A DNA stretch of 64,000 nt from a virus. The notes under the pieces are model-generated. The model saw nothing but the letters and a program-made list of their open reading frames with translations, was not told where the DNA came from and made no database searches. The stretch's first letter is position 1, and every line of letters begins with the position of its first letter. Location: IMG/VR virus record IMGVR_UViG_3300020182_000025; one strand, written 5' to 3'. Of the stretch, positions 52,795-62,565 are shown piece after piece. The position numbers and the translations under genes were made by a program.

Positions 52795-53729
52795 TTAAAT
52801 TGGATACTCGCCATTATTTCCGTTAAACAAGCAGTGAGATTTATTTCCTGATCAGCTACGAATGCTGCCTTATATTGGTAGTCTGCTATTAACAAGACCA
52901 TTTGAGGCACTGTAGTAATTTCTGGTAATAAACTATCAAATATAAATCTAAATATACCCTGAGGATCACTGTCAACATTGTTTGCAACCCACTGACGCAT
53001 CTTCTTCCAATCCTTATCTTTCAAAGAATTGATAAGTTCTTTAGTATTTATATCTGAAATATTGCTAAGAATGCCTTCATCGATGATGCCTGCAGAACTA
53101 TATCTCTGAAGCTCATTAATAACTCGGCGATAGTCTGGAAAGTATTTCATCAAAAGTTCTGCTAGAACAGGGTCTTTGTATGTAACACCTTCGGTATCTA
53201 GAATGCCTTGCATACGCTTCATAAATTTTGTAGCAAGGGCTGCTTTGTCTTTCTTATCAGACTTAAACTCGATGACAGTAGTTCTACTGTGTAGAGGAGA
53301 GATGATACGATTCTTGTAATTACATGTGAAGATGAACCGACAATTTTCTGAGAAGTTTTCAATGAAAGCACGAAGCGCAGGCTGTACACTGTCTTTGTTT
53401 AGATAGTCAGCCTCGTCAATGATGACAACTTTTGTTTTGTTCTCGAAACTAAACGCACTCGCAAACTGTTTAATCTTAGTTCGCAGTGTATCTATTTGAC
53501 GACCTTCATCAGAGCCATTGATCACGATGTAGTCGCAGCCTAACTCTTCGCATAAGGCTCGTGCAACTGTAGTCTTGCCTGTACCAGCAGTGCCACAAAG
53601 GAGAAGATTGGGAACTTCTCCTTGTTTCAAAAACTTTTTGAATGTGGCCTTCGTAGCTTCAGGTAGAACACAGTCATCGATTGTTTTAGGGCGATACTTT
53701 TCTACCCAGAGAAAATGATCTTGACTCAT
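52791..53729 (-). CDS. 44: Clamp loader large subunit (gp44-like)
   Basis: LWVEKYRP, GTAGTGKTT, IIDEAD, RFIFTCN, SPLHSR. Confidence 0.95.
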   Translation of the reverse strand: MSQDHFLWVEKYRPKTIDDCVLPEATKATFKKFLKQGEVPNLLLCGTAGTGKTTVARALCEELGCDYIVINGSDEGRQIDTLRTKIKQFASAFSFENKTKVVIIDEADYLNKDSVQPALRAFIENFSENCRFIFTCNYKNRIISPLHSRTTVIEFKSDKKDKAALATKFMKRMQGILDTEGVTYKDPVLAELLMKYFPDYRRVINELQRYSSAGIIDEGILSNISDINTKELINSLKDKDWKKMRQWVANNVDSDPQGIFRFIFDSLLPEITTVPQMVLLIADYQYKAAFVADQEINLTACLTEIMASIQFK

Positions 53730-53758
53730 ACTTCACACCTTTCATAATATAATTTAAA

Positions 53759-53941
53759 CTAAGTTCCGAACTGTTCTTTCGTTTTAGTGTTATCACTAAA
53801 ATTTACTTCAATATGCCTGCCCGACTGACTGTTCGGAACAAAAACTGGATCACAAGTACAGTGAGATGTGAACCCGCCCTTACGAAGCATAGTAGTTGTG
53901 TTTCCGCATGATGGACATGTGAACACAGTTTCTTTACTCAT
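53759..53941 (-). CDS. Small Cys-containing protein
   Basis: CPSCG...CTCD. Confidence 0.55.
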   Translation of the reverse strand: MSKETVFTCPSCGNTTTMLRKGGFTSHCTCDPVFVPNSQSGRHIEVNFSDNTKTKEQFGT

Positions 53942-54110
53942 TGTTTTCTCCAAAAATAGATATGTCACCTGTCATGACTTTCTTTACAAAACTAATAGCA
54001 GGGCCAGGACGAGCGTAGATATACTCTATCGTCTCGCCAAACTTATTAAACTCTACTACCCATCCATTAGTGGCTTCACGAATTTGAATCTCTAATCGAT
54101 CTTCATTCAT
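53934..54110 (-). CDS. Small hypothetical protein, 58 aa (MNEDRLEIQIREATNGWVVEF...)
   Basis: Manual translation; TAATG-coupled to gp45. Confidence 0.6.
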   Translation of the reverse strand: MNEDRLEIQIREATNGWVVEFNKFGETIEYIYARPGPAISFVKKVMTGDISIFGENNE

Positions 54111-54769
54111 TACAAAATCTCCGATGTCTTATCAAGGGCCAACCAATACTTAACATCAGTTTTGGTATTTACCAAATGCATGAACTTCTTCGCTGAGATA
54201 GTTACCTTATAATCACCAGGCAAGACTTTAAGATTCTCTATCTGAAGATGAGCCTTGAAGACCTTGTCGGTATCAGTGACCATTTGCTTGAAGCTATTGC
54301 TCTTTGGCGTTGCAGGATCACCTACTGTCAATGTAACATTTGTTCCGTCACCAATAACGCTCAACATGGGAGCTGCATTTATTCCAGCTGCCTTCTGAAT
54401 CATGTTCAAGTCATCAGCTAACAAATCAAAAGTAAAAAACTCATCGACTTCAATTTGCTTATCAGGTGCACCAACAATAATCTCAGGATCAGCGTAGTAG
54501 TATTCAAACGTGCTACGACCTTTAGTCATTGTGATAGACTCTGCACCAAAATCTACCTCAGTATCTTCGAGTAACGTCAATAGACCAAGTAGACTATTGA
54601 GGTCGTAGATTGCAAATTCACGGTCAAAGTTTTCTTCGACAGTTGCACGAGCAAAAATGTTCTTGCCTGCGCTGATGGTAGAGAGCGTGTTGCCTTGGCG
54701 AACAAGAAGATTCGTGTTCACCGAAGCAAAGTTTTTAAGAACTTGTAGTGTATCGGTACTAATTTTCAT
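54110..54769 (-). CDS. 45: Sliding clamp (gp45-like)
   Basis: MKIS..T..VLKNFASVN, FAIYDLN..LG; promoter TTGACT-17-TATACT at 54830-54802. Confidence 0.92.
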   Translation of the reverse strand: MKISTDTLQVLKNFASVNTNLLVRQGNTLSTISAGKNIFARATVEENFDREFAIYDLNSLLGLLTLLEDTEVDFGAESITMTKGRSTFEYYYADPEIIVGAPDKQIEVDEFFTFDLLADDLNMIQKAAGINAAPMLSVIGDGTNVTLTVGDPATPKSNSFKQMVTDTDKVFKAHLQIENLKVLPGDYKVTISAKKFMHLVNTKTDVKYWLALDKTSEIL

Positions 54770-54834
54770 TATAAATTACCTCAATTGTTTATTGTCTGTA
54801 CAGTATACAGACTTCATAGTATAAAGTCAAGCGT

Positions 54835-55131
54835 TTATGTGTTTTCAGTGACAACCATGTCAACCTGAATACTTCGGTCTGCTGCTGTATCCGTAATCTT
54901 AGCTTCTTCCCAAATTGGCTGACCTTTCTTATAAAAGGCAGTATATTCTTCGGTACTTACTGCCGATTGTATCCTCTTCCATGTTAATTCATCATCCGAA
55001 ATAATATCATGTGACGAGATGGAATGAGCCTCTCGCAAAGCTTCTAATCTTGCATCTTTTTCAGCACCGAAAGCAGGCCATTCAACTTCAGTGTTTGGTC
55101 TAACAAAAGTATATTCAACAACAAATGCCAT
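54835..55131 (-). CDS. Late hypothetical protein (paralog B)
   Basis: MAFVVEYTFVRPNTEVEWP. Confidence 0.65.
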   Translation of the reverse strand: MAFVVEYTFVRPNTEVEWPAFGAEKDARLEALREAHSISSHDIISDDELTWKRIQSAVSTEEYTAFYKKGQPIWEEAKITDTAADRSIQVDMVVTENT

Positions 55132-55433
55132 TATGTATCCTCAAGTACTGTATGATTAATTACTACATTATTATTTGTAGCACTAGTGAACAAGCCGCCT
55201 GCTGCCCATATTGCATGTGCATCAGTGAAATACCCAGAGTATTCGTCGGCTGATGCACATGAGTCAGTGTATGTTGCAATCAATCCATCTTCTGAAATAG
55301 AATTTTGCATAGTAATATTGTTGTTGGAGCGCAAAGCTTCTAGCTCGGCACGTTTGTCAACAGGAAATTCATCCCAAGGCCAAGGAGTCGTAACGTCTGG
55401 TCGAGTAAATGTTTTTTCTACAATAAATGCCAT
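55131..55433 (-). CDS. Late hypothetical protein (paralog A)
   Basis: MAFIVEKTFTRPDVTTPWP; late promoter at 55480-55473. Confidence 0.65.
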   Translation of the reverse strand: MAFIVEKTFTRPDVTTPWPWDEFPVDKRAELEALRSNNNITMQNSISEDGLIATYTDSCASADEYSGYFTDAHAIWAAGGLFTSATNNNVVINHTVLEDT

Positions 55434-55481
55434 TTTATTTCTCCTAAAATGTTTGAAACTATTCGAGTCTACTATTTATAA

Positions 55482-55772
55482 CTATTTATCAGTAGAATGT
55501 ATTCTATCGTGTTCGTACAGTGCTAGAAAGGCATAGTGAATAACTTTCATAACATCCTTGCGGTGATCAGACCGTGAACCTTTCTTTCCGTATCGAGCAT
55601 TGTACTTGTCAACATTACCCAGAAAGAATCCTAGACCGTGTCCTCTATCTACGATGACCTCAGCGGACTGAAGTCCGCCTTGACCGTAGTGACCTTTGTA
55701 TGTGGAATCGATGTAGTCACTAAACTCCTTGATGAGTTCATCTTCACGGAACTTGTAAACTTTCTTGCTCAT
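55482..55772 (-). CDS. DUF3310/SaV-like protein
   Basis: YIDSTYKGHY, GFFLGNVDKY.ARYGKK...D..K.IHYA. Confidence 0.7.
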   Translation of the reverse strand: MSKKVYKFREDELIKEFSDYIDSTYKGHYGQGGLQSAEVIVDRGHGLGFFLGNVDKYNARYGKKGSRSDHRKDVMKVIHYAFLALYEHDRIHSTDK

Positions 55773-56920
55773 TAAAAAGTCTCCTCAATGGCTTGTTCTA
55801 CAGTCTCTTCTTCTACATTACTTGGATCAACTTTAGAATAGAGACTTAGAAAAGCGTCTTTAGTATCTTCATCGAAGCGATTAACACAGAGTTCAATTGC
55901 CTTCTGCTTGTCACCAAACACTGCATACGCATTTACAATATGTTCTAGACGGCGAGTAGAGATAAGCTCGTCCACTGCACCTTCGAAGAAAGTCTTACGA
56001 ATTACTTCGGACCAAGTAACTAGATGTGTAGCGAAGTCTTCATCTACACAGTCTACTTTAGCCATTTTATTGAGAACAATCTTCTTCTCAACAGCGGGTT
56101 TAGGATACTCCTGCTCAACGGTGATGGCAAATCTCTCCAAGAAAGCCTCGTCAAGTAACTGGGCGCTAATAAACTTACCATCATCAGAGCCACGACCTTT
56201 TGTATTAGCCGTAGCGATAATTGTAAACCCGTTAGCAGGAGTAATGGTATCGCCAGTCTTTTTATTGAAGTAGGATTTACCTTCGCAGATAGCTTGGAGA
56301 CACATCAGCTTATTCGATCCACGATCTACTTCATCTAAAATGAGAACTGCGCCCCGCTTCATAGCGGTGAGGACGGGCCCTTCTCGATAGACTACGTTAC
56401 CATCAACTAGAGTATTGCCACCAATTAAATCGTCCTCGTCGGTTTCAATACTGATATTTACACGAATTGCTTCACGCTTTAGGTTAGCGCAAACTTGTTC
56501 TACCATAGTAGTCTTGCCGTTACCAGACAGACCGCTGATAAAGACAGGGTAGAACATATTAGTGGTCAAAACCTTCTTGAGGTCTTGATAGAATCCGAAA
56601 GGAACAAACGTGTCGTCCTTTGACGGAATAAGATTTTGGATATCCATAGTTAGTTTTGCCTGTGTGACAACCTTTGCTACAGGTTCTGGCTCAACCGTTG
56701 CTACAGGACGCATGGGTGTTACATTAGTACCAGAATACATTGATGTCAGATCAAGCATACCACGACCAACTTTCAATTCTTTGCGGTTAAGTATCCAAGA
56801 AGGATATGTCATGTTGAATCCATCAGATATTTCTAGGATTTGCTTGCGGCTGACTTTGCCTGTGCCATGATTGGCTTTGATAGTTTCTAGCAGAAGCTCA
56901 CGATTTTTAAAGTTTTTCAT
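55772..56920 (-). CDS. MoxR/CobS-like AAA+ ATPase
   Basis: GLSGNGKT, LILDEVD, TANTKG, LDEAFLERF. Confidence 0.9.
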   Translation of the reverse strand: MKNFKNRELLLETIKANHGTGKVSRKQILEISDGFNMTYPSWILNRKELKVGRGMLDLTSMYSGTNVTPMRPVATVEPEPVAKVVTQAKLTMDIQNLIPSKDDTFVPFGFYQDLKKVLTTNMFYPVFISGLSGNGKTTMVEQVCANLKREAIRVNISIETDEDDLIGGNTLVDGNVVYREGPVLTAMKRGAVLILDEVDRGSNKLMCLQAICEGKSYFNKKTGDTITPANGFTIIATANTKGRGSDDGKFISAQLLDEAFLERFAITVEQEYPKPAVEKKIVLNKMAKVDCVDEDFATHLVTWSEVIRKTFFEGAVDELISTRRLEHIVNAYAVFGDKQKAIELCVNRFDEDTKDAFLSLYSKVDPSNVEEETVEQAIEETF

Positions 56921-56974
56921 AATATTTGTCCCTCACAGACATGATTAAAGTTTGTTTTCTCAGTTTACATATAC

Positions 56975-57003
56975 ATTATAGCGCATTGGTGGGCACTTGT
57001 CAA
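56975..57003 (-). promoter_or_regulatory. Early sigma70-type promoter
   Basis: TTGACA, 17 bp, TATAAT, AAACTGAGAAAA leader. Confidence 0.8.
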
Positions 57004-57010
57004 GCATTAT

Positions 57011-59209
57011 TTACGCTACTAAGTCCATGAATTTGTTGATAAAAATACGTTGGGTACGCTTATTTCCAGCAAATTTCTTGAATCCACGTAGTAAATCACC
57101 CTTTTTGTTCGATTTTACTGACAATTCCTGCTCATCAATCTTGATCTTGGAACTTCTCATGATAAACCGTGTATCGAACCCTGCTTTGTCTACCGCTACA
57201 ATCATGCCAGTTCCCCTGGCACTCGACCATGCGTCCCAAGCTTCTTGATAATCAAAGCTAGGATTATTTACCTTGTAGTAGTCCATGAAATCTGATTCTA
57301 CTTCCCGCTGTGTCCATTTGTTCACTAGGTGATAGTTCACCAGAGTAGAGCCAGTAATTTGCTTGTACAATTCTAACAAAGAGGTCGTTATTACAGCATG
57401 GCGGCTTACAGAACCACGAGAGTCGAAACCAATGCTAACTGATCCATATTTAAAAATTACATTTTCATCATAGTCGGGACGAGAGATTCGGTATTTATCG
57501 TCCCAGTTCGACATTTCATCTGTAACATAGTCAATATAATCAGTAGCGCCGCCATCTGTTAAGATGATTGTATTTAAGATTTCTACTTTATAGTCTTTGC
57601 GAAACTGTTTAGCAATCTCAATACCAACCATCAAGGCAGAGTTGAGAGGAGTAGTGCCTAAACCATAATTTCTATTTCTTATTGCTAAAGTTGAATTGTA
57701 ATCCCATGTATGTGAGTATATCAATAGATGCTTGAATGCTTCTACCGTTTGCATTTTGTTAAACTTGCTAGAAAACAAATGTGGCATTCTTAAATCAGAA
57801 ATACGAGCGTCACCAGGAACTCGGATCAAGTCATGATTGTCATACTGGTTGCTAGTAAATCCATACACATCAAAAGGAACATTGATTTTTTTGCAGAACA
57901 TAACTAGCGTGAGCATCTGCTCGATAGTACTAGCTATCTGAGGACGCATTGAGCCTGACATATCAAGGTACATAATCATACCGTGATTCTTGCCTTTAGG
58001 TAAGATGGTAGACTGTTTGAATATGTCTTCGCTGATTTTATATGCCCAGAGACGATCTTCGTTTAGATCACCAGTCTTAGCAACCCGAGCTTTTAGGTTC
58101 TCACTAGCCTTACGCTTCATTTCAAATTGCTGTATCATATTGTTCACGATGCTAGTATTCTTGCGGCGAAACTCTGTGTACAATACAGTAGCAGTCTCGT
58201 CTAGGCTCGCATTTTTATAGTCATGAAAACAATCATCTAGGCCACAGTACATCTCGCTAGACGAAATTACATAATTTGCAGGATCAAACTTAGGAACATT
58301 GATATAACGAGAGCTTCTTTTTTCAGAGTCTAATAGTTGATTTTCGTTGTTACGAAATGCTTCATCTGTGATTGAGCGAGGCTCGTTGTCTTCTTCAGAA
58401 TCTGACCAATCTTCGTAATCATCGTAATCATCGTTAGGAGAAAAGAGGCTATCAAAATCATCCATCTCTTGGTCATCATAATCACCATCGGCAGCATCTG
58501 ATTCTGACATAGGAGAATCAGATTGAACATCATCTTGTTCGGCTTCTTCTTCTGAATCTTCTGAGAATGACATGTCACCACCTTGACCTTCTTCGCCATC
58601 ATCAGAGTCCTCACCAAACTGTTCTTCTTCATCGCCGGCAGATTGCTGATTTTCTTTTTCTTCTTTGGCATTGCCATATAATTCTTCAGCGAGAGTAGCA
58701 ATCTCGTCCCAAGTGTCTGCATTTTCTAGACGAGCCAATACTAGCTGCTCGTCATCGGAGAAATTTACATTTAGGAAAGAGCCAACCTTGTAGTGAAGAT
58801 TGATACGGTCAATAAAAGACAAAGAAGTAATGTCGGCGCCTTCAGTGCCGAAGAAGTTTCTGTTAAACAACTCACGATAGCCAGTATAGAAAGATTTTAT
58901 AAGACCTGGATATTCTTTCTTGATGAATCGCTCGATGCGGACATCTTCTAGGACATTGTAGAAGCCTTTCTTGGCTTGCGAGTCACGGACTACATCATGC
59001 CAGCCTTGGGGAGGAGTGAATCGAGCATGACCAACTTCGTGACCTAGAAGAAGGTCGTATAGAGAGTCGGACATGTCTGTCCATTCTGGCAGCATAAGCT
59101 TACGATTTTGAACATCGAATGCTGCGGTAGGGATATTATGATGCTCGACCGAGATGTTCTCGGTAGCAAGTAATTTTGCTAGTATTGACTTAGACTCGAT
59201 AACTTTCAT
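57011..59209 (-). CDS. CobT-like protein: HExxH peptidase-like domain, acidic linker, VWA domain
   Basis: GHEVGHA, NVLEDVRIE, acidic tract, YLDMSGSM, GTTPL, ILTDG. Confidence 0.85.
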   Translation of the reverse strand: MKVIESKSILAKLLATENISVEHHNIPTAAFDVQNRKLMLPEWTDMSDSLYDLLLGHEVGHARFTPPQGWHDVVRDSQAKKGFYNVLEDVRIERFIKKEYPGLIKSFYTGYRELFNRNFFGTEGADITSLSFIDRINLHYKVGSFLNVNFSDDEQLVLARLENADTWDEIATLAEELYGNAKEEKENQQSAGDEEEQFGEDSDDGEEGQGGDMSFSEDSEEEAEQDDVQSDSPMSESDAADGDYDDQEMDDFDSLFSPNDDYDDYEDWSDSEEDNEPRSITDEAFRNNENQLLDSEKRSSRYINVPKFDPANYVISSSEMYCGLDDCFHDYKNASLDETATVLYTEFRRKNTSIVNNMIQQFEMKRKASENLKARVAKTGDLNEDRLWAYKISEDIFKQSTILPKGKNHGMIMYLDMSGSMRPQIASTIEQMLTLVMFCKKINVPFDVYGFTSNQYDNHDLIRVPGDARISDLRMPHLFSSKFNKMQTVEAFKHLLIYSHTWDYNSTLAIRNRNYGLGTTPLNSALMVGIEIAKQFRKDYKVEILNTIILTDGGATDYIDYVTDEMSNWDDKYRISRPDYDENVIFKYGSVSIGFDSRGSVSRHAVITTSLLELYKQITGSTLVNYHLVNKWTQREVESDFMDYYKVNNPSFDYQEAWDAWSSARGTGMIVAVDKAGFDTRFIMRSSKIKIDEQELSVKSNKKGDLLRGFKKFAGNKRTQRIFINKFMDLVA

Positions 59210-59246
59210 GCTTGGTCCTCACAACCTTTTCTCATTTTGTACAACT

Positions 59247-59275
59247 ATTATAGCAAAAAGGTGTGAGGATGTCAA
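59247..59275 (-). promoter_or_regulatory. Early sigma70-type promoter
   Basis: TTGACA, 17 bp, TATAAT, AAAATGAGAAAA leader. Confidence 0.8.
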
Positions 59276-59304
59276 GCACTCATTTTATGAACTAAATCAA
59301 TGAC

Positions 59305-59967
59305 TTATGCTTTAGTTCGCTTCTTCCTCGTTACTTTAGCTGGCATTTCCTTGGTATTTTCTAGCTTTTCGGCAGCGGCCTGTAGCTTCCCAAGGATATC
59401 ATTGCGCTTGCTGAGTCTGTCGGTAACTTCATCAGGAGATAACCAATAGTCTTTACCTTCTAGTATACTATCAATTTCGTCCTGTGTAAAGAAGTCTTTG
59501 TAAATACTTTCCATCAAGCCTCTAGCCCACTTGTCATTGTGATGGACTTGTGCCATCATCTCATTTCCCTTGCCGATAGTACCGCCTGAGAAATTGTGGA
59601 ACATAAAGATACTGTGATCTGAAATCTCACAAACATCTGCCATCAAGAATAAGAAGGTTGCTGCTGACATACAAGCACCTTCAACTGATGCTACAACTGT
59701 TGCTCGTGATTCTGAAATTGCTCTCATCAATTGTACAGCAGTGAGTGCTTGGCCGCCATAGCAGTTGATATGCAAGTAAACTACATCCTGTTCACCTGAA
59801 GAGCGAAGAATTTGATTCCATTCTGCGTAATCTTCTGGGCTGCCGATCGTGCTATTCAAATAGAAGTCCAATATTTGTCCTGTTGGACGATTGAATACTC
59901 CTCGAACTAGTGGTGCTACTTCAAACTCTCGTTCTTTTGCCATTCTAGCCATTATCAGCTCCATCAT
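59305..59967 (-). CDS. clpP: ClpP-like protease
   Basis: LHINCYGG, GACMSAAT, FMFHN, KDYWLSPDE. Confidence 0.8.
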   Translation of the reverse strand: MMELIMARMAKEREFEVAPLVRGVFNRPTGQILDFYLNSTIGSPEDYAEWNQILRSSGEQDVVYLHINCYGGQALTAVQLMRAISESRATVVASVEGACMSAATFLFLMADVCEISDHSIFMFHNFSGGTIGKGNEMMAQVHHNDKWARGLMESIYKDFFTQDEIDSILEGKDYWLSPDEVTDRLSKRNDILGKLQAAAEKLENTKEMPAKVTRKKRTKA

Positions 59968-59991
59968 TTAAATTAATCGTTCAAAAACTTA

Positions 59992-60360
59992 TTATATGTT
60001 ATCGTAATATCTCGTAACAGCCTTGATTTTTTCAACTTGCTTATCAATAATAGCTGTTCTATTTGGCCAGTGAATGTAATCTTTCTCTGGATTTTTTTGA
60101 AGGTTGAATAGTAGAGGTAAGATAAGATCCTCTACTTGCTTCAATTTTGTAACAACATCTTGCTGCACAAGTTGCCGGTGTTCATTAATCATTTCGGTAT
60201 CATCAGCACTTATAATGAGAGACTCTATTCTTTCCATTTTGTCCATCAGTGCTTGTAATTGCTCGTCATCTACCTGTGCTACTACAGGCTGAGTGGGCTC
60301 AGTTGCAGATACAGGTATATCATCTACTGCTGTGAAACCAAAATCCCATTCGTCTGACAT
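59992..60360 (-). CDS. Conserved T4-like hypothetical protein
   Basis: DFGFTAVD...ILPLLFNLQKNPEKDYIHWPNR. Confidence 0.7.
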   Translation of the reverse strand: MSDEWDFGFTAVDDIPVSATEPTQPVVAQVDDEQLQALMDKMERIESLIISADDTEMINEHRQLVQQDVVTKLKQVEDLILPLLFNLQKNPEKDYIHWPNRTAIIDKQVEKIKAVTRYYDNI

Positions 60361-60884
60361 TACGCAGTTCTCCGTTTAAACTTTTTTACTTTTTTGTCTA
60401 ACTGTTTTAGCGCCCTATCTATCTTGAGACCGGAAGCTCTCATTGTAAAGTTTTGACCTACCATGTGATCAAATTCGTGTAACACAACACGAGCATACAC
60501 GCCACCAAATTCTTCTATAGTTTCTACCCCGTTCTCGTCATGATATTTTATTGTACAACTATCGGGTCGTGTTAGATTTAACCAAAGACCAGGATATGAT
60601 AAACATCCTTCTCGCATAGTCACACCAGTATTAGAAACTTTTAATAGTTCTGGATTAAAAATTGATTTCTCATCTAATCCTGATCCGCCAACAACGAATA
60701 CTTTCTTATTTATTCCTATTTGATTCGCCGATAAACCTACCCCGCCAAACTTACGCATGCCTACAAATAATTTTTCACTCAATTCTTTTGCGTCTTCTGC
60801 ATCGAAGTCAAATCGATCAGGTTCTTGCTTGAGCATCGGATGACCAAAGGGTAACAGTTCTATTTCTTTTTCGTCTTCCATCAT
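60360..60884 (-). CDS. def: Peptide deformylase
   Basis: GVGLSANQIG, EGCLS, HEFDH. Confidence 0.92.
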   Translation of the reverse strand: MMEDEKEIELLPFGHPMLKQEPDRFDFDAEDAKELSEKLFVGMRKFGGVGLSANQIGINKKVFVVGGSGLDEKSIFNPELLKVSNTGVTMREGCLSYPGLWLNLTRPDSCTIKYHDENGVETIEEFGGVYARVVLHEFDHMVGQNFTMRASGLKIDRALKQLDKKVKKFKRRTA

Positions 60885-60894
60885 ATAATCCTAT

Positions 60895-62565
60895 TTATGA
60901 CATTACTGAATAGTTATTTTTCTTTTCAAATTTTATGATGCCTCTAAACTTGTCAAACAATTGATCGCCTTTATGTGAAATAACAAATACATTAGTTTCT
61001 GGGCCAATCGTGTTCAACAACTGCATCACATAGTCCGTACCATTGACATCTAGAGAACTATCAAATACTTCATCGAGCAACAGCAAGTTTGTACTGGCAC
61101 TGTTTTTCATCTTTGCTATTGTTCGCCAAGTAAATACGAGTGCAAGGTCAATGCGCTGCTTCTCACCTTCACTAAACGAAGCATAACTAAACTTATCTCG
61201 GTGTCGTGACTTGATTGTTTCTTTAAACGTCTCGTCTAAATCAAACTGTACAAAGAAGTCCATTGACTTTAGGTACTTGTTTACTAATTTATTTATGACA
61301 GGTAAATACTGACGAATAATTTTAGTCTTGATACCAGAATCTTTTAATAGAGATTCTGCAATAGAATTATACTCTTGTTCAGTCTTATATTCTGTTCTAA
61401 TTTCTGTCTTTGATATCAAATCTTTAGCAACAGTTTTTAGTTTGGCAGTTTCCTTTTCAATGTCGCCAACTTTGTTTTCTGTTTCTGTTTTTTCAATATT
61501 CATTCTTTGTAACAAAGTTTGTGATGACATAATACTATTGTTAGTATCAATTATCTTTTGTTGTATGCCTAGAAACTCTTCGTATGCTTTGTCTAACTCA
61601 TCCCATTCAGATGATAATGTAGTACTTGCTTTTTCTAGTTCAGAAATTTTAGTTTTCTTTTCTGATGCGATAGATTCTTTGAACTCATGTGGTATGCCTT
61701 GCTTGCAAGTAGGACAATCATCATGGTTTTCATAAAAAGTTAATTCTTTCTTTTGCTCTCGTATCTTACGATTGAATTCCGTCTTAAATCCATCAAGCCG
61801 TTTGCGCTTGTCTTCTATTTTACCGAACGACTCTTTAACCTCAGTGTCTAGCTTGACTTGTGATTGTAGAGATGCGATAGTAATTTCTATGTCAGAAATT
61901 TCTTTGAGGACTTTGTCTACCTTTTCTTTCTTATCGCTCTCAAGTGTTTGGATATAACTTTTTTGTAAGGACGCTTTTTCTTTTGTGACAGAAATTTCAC
62001 TCTCTAAAAATCTCAACTTCTCTTTCAGGTCATTCACTTTTGTTTTCAGTACTTCTTTCATTGTAGTAAAGATGCGAATGTCCAAAATGTCTTCGATGAT
62101 TTCTCTACGAATGTTAGGAGTCAATTGCATGAAAGGTGTAAACGATGCGCTACCAAGAATAACAATTTGCGTAAAAGACTTGTAGTTCAACTTGAGAATA
62201 TTTTCTTCTAGGTGTTTTTGATAATCACGCACACTTGCATTCTGATCTACCATTTCACCATCTATTACAATTTCAAAAATGCCAGGGTTACTACCTCTAC
62301 GAATAATATAGTCTTTCGTGCCTATAGTAAATTCGACTTCAACTATCATAGCTTTTCTGTTTATGCTATTGATTAGTTGAGGTTTAGAAATATTTCTAAA
62401 GGGTTTATTGAATAGAGCAAACGTAATAGCATCAAGTAAAGTAGATTTACCAGAGCCGTTTTCGCCTACTATTAGAGTGCTGTTGCTTCTGTCCAAATGA
62501 ATTTCGGTAAAAGCATTGCCAGTTGAAAGAAAATTCTTCCAACGAACCTTTTTGAAAACTATCAT
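60895..62565 (-). CDS. 46: Recombination exonuclease ATPase subunit (gp46/Rad50-like)
   Basis: KNFLSTGN, GENGSGKST, CPTC hook, FSEGEKQRIDLAL, LDEVFD. Confidence 0.95.
   Translation of the reverse strand: MIVFKKVRWKNFLSTGNAFTEIHLDRSNSTLIVGENGSGKSTLLDAITFALFNKPFRNISKPQLINSINRKAMIVEVEFTIGTKDYIIRRGSNPGIFEIVIDGEMVDQNASVRDYQKHLEENILKLNYKSFTQIVILGSASFTPFMQLTPNIRREIIEDILDIRIFTTMKEVLKTKVNDLKEKLRFLESEISVTKEKASLQKSYIQTLESDKKEKVDKVLKEISDIEITIASLQSQVKLDTEVKESFGKIEDKRKRLDGFKTEFNRKIREQKKELTFYENHDDCPTCKQGIPHEFKESIASEKKTKISELEKASTTLSSEWDELDKAYEEFLGIQQKIIDTNNSIMSSQTLLQRMNIEKTETENKVGDIEKETAKLKTVAKDLISKTEIRTEYKTEQEYNSIAESLLKDSGIKTKIIRQYLPVINKLVNKYLKSMDFFVQFDLDETFKETIKSRHRDKFSYASFSEGEKQRIDLALVFTWRTIAKMKNSASTNLLLLDEVFDSSLDVNGTDYVMQLLNTIGPETNVFVISHKGDQLFDKFRGIIKFEKKNNYSVMS

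Noticed and set aside
55772-59209. Cobalamin biosynthesis (cobS/cobT) as the literal function
   Set aside because: No cobN or other cob genes are present; the similarity is explained by the general MoxR AAA+/VWA architecture
528-62185. Many plus-strand and alternate-frame ORFs in the track (e.g. 528-938, 4350-4721, 17916-18308, 49474-49908, 61328-61735)
   Set aside because: They are shadows of well-supported minus-strand genes and lack RBS and motifs
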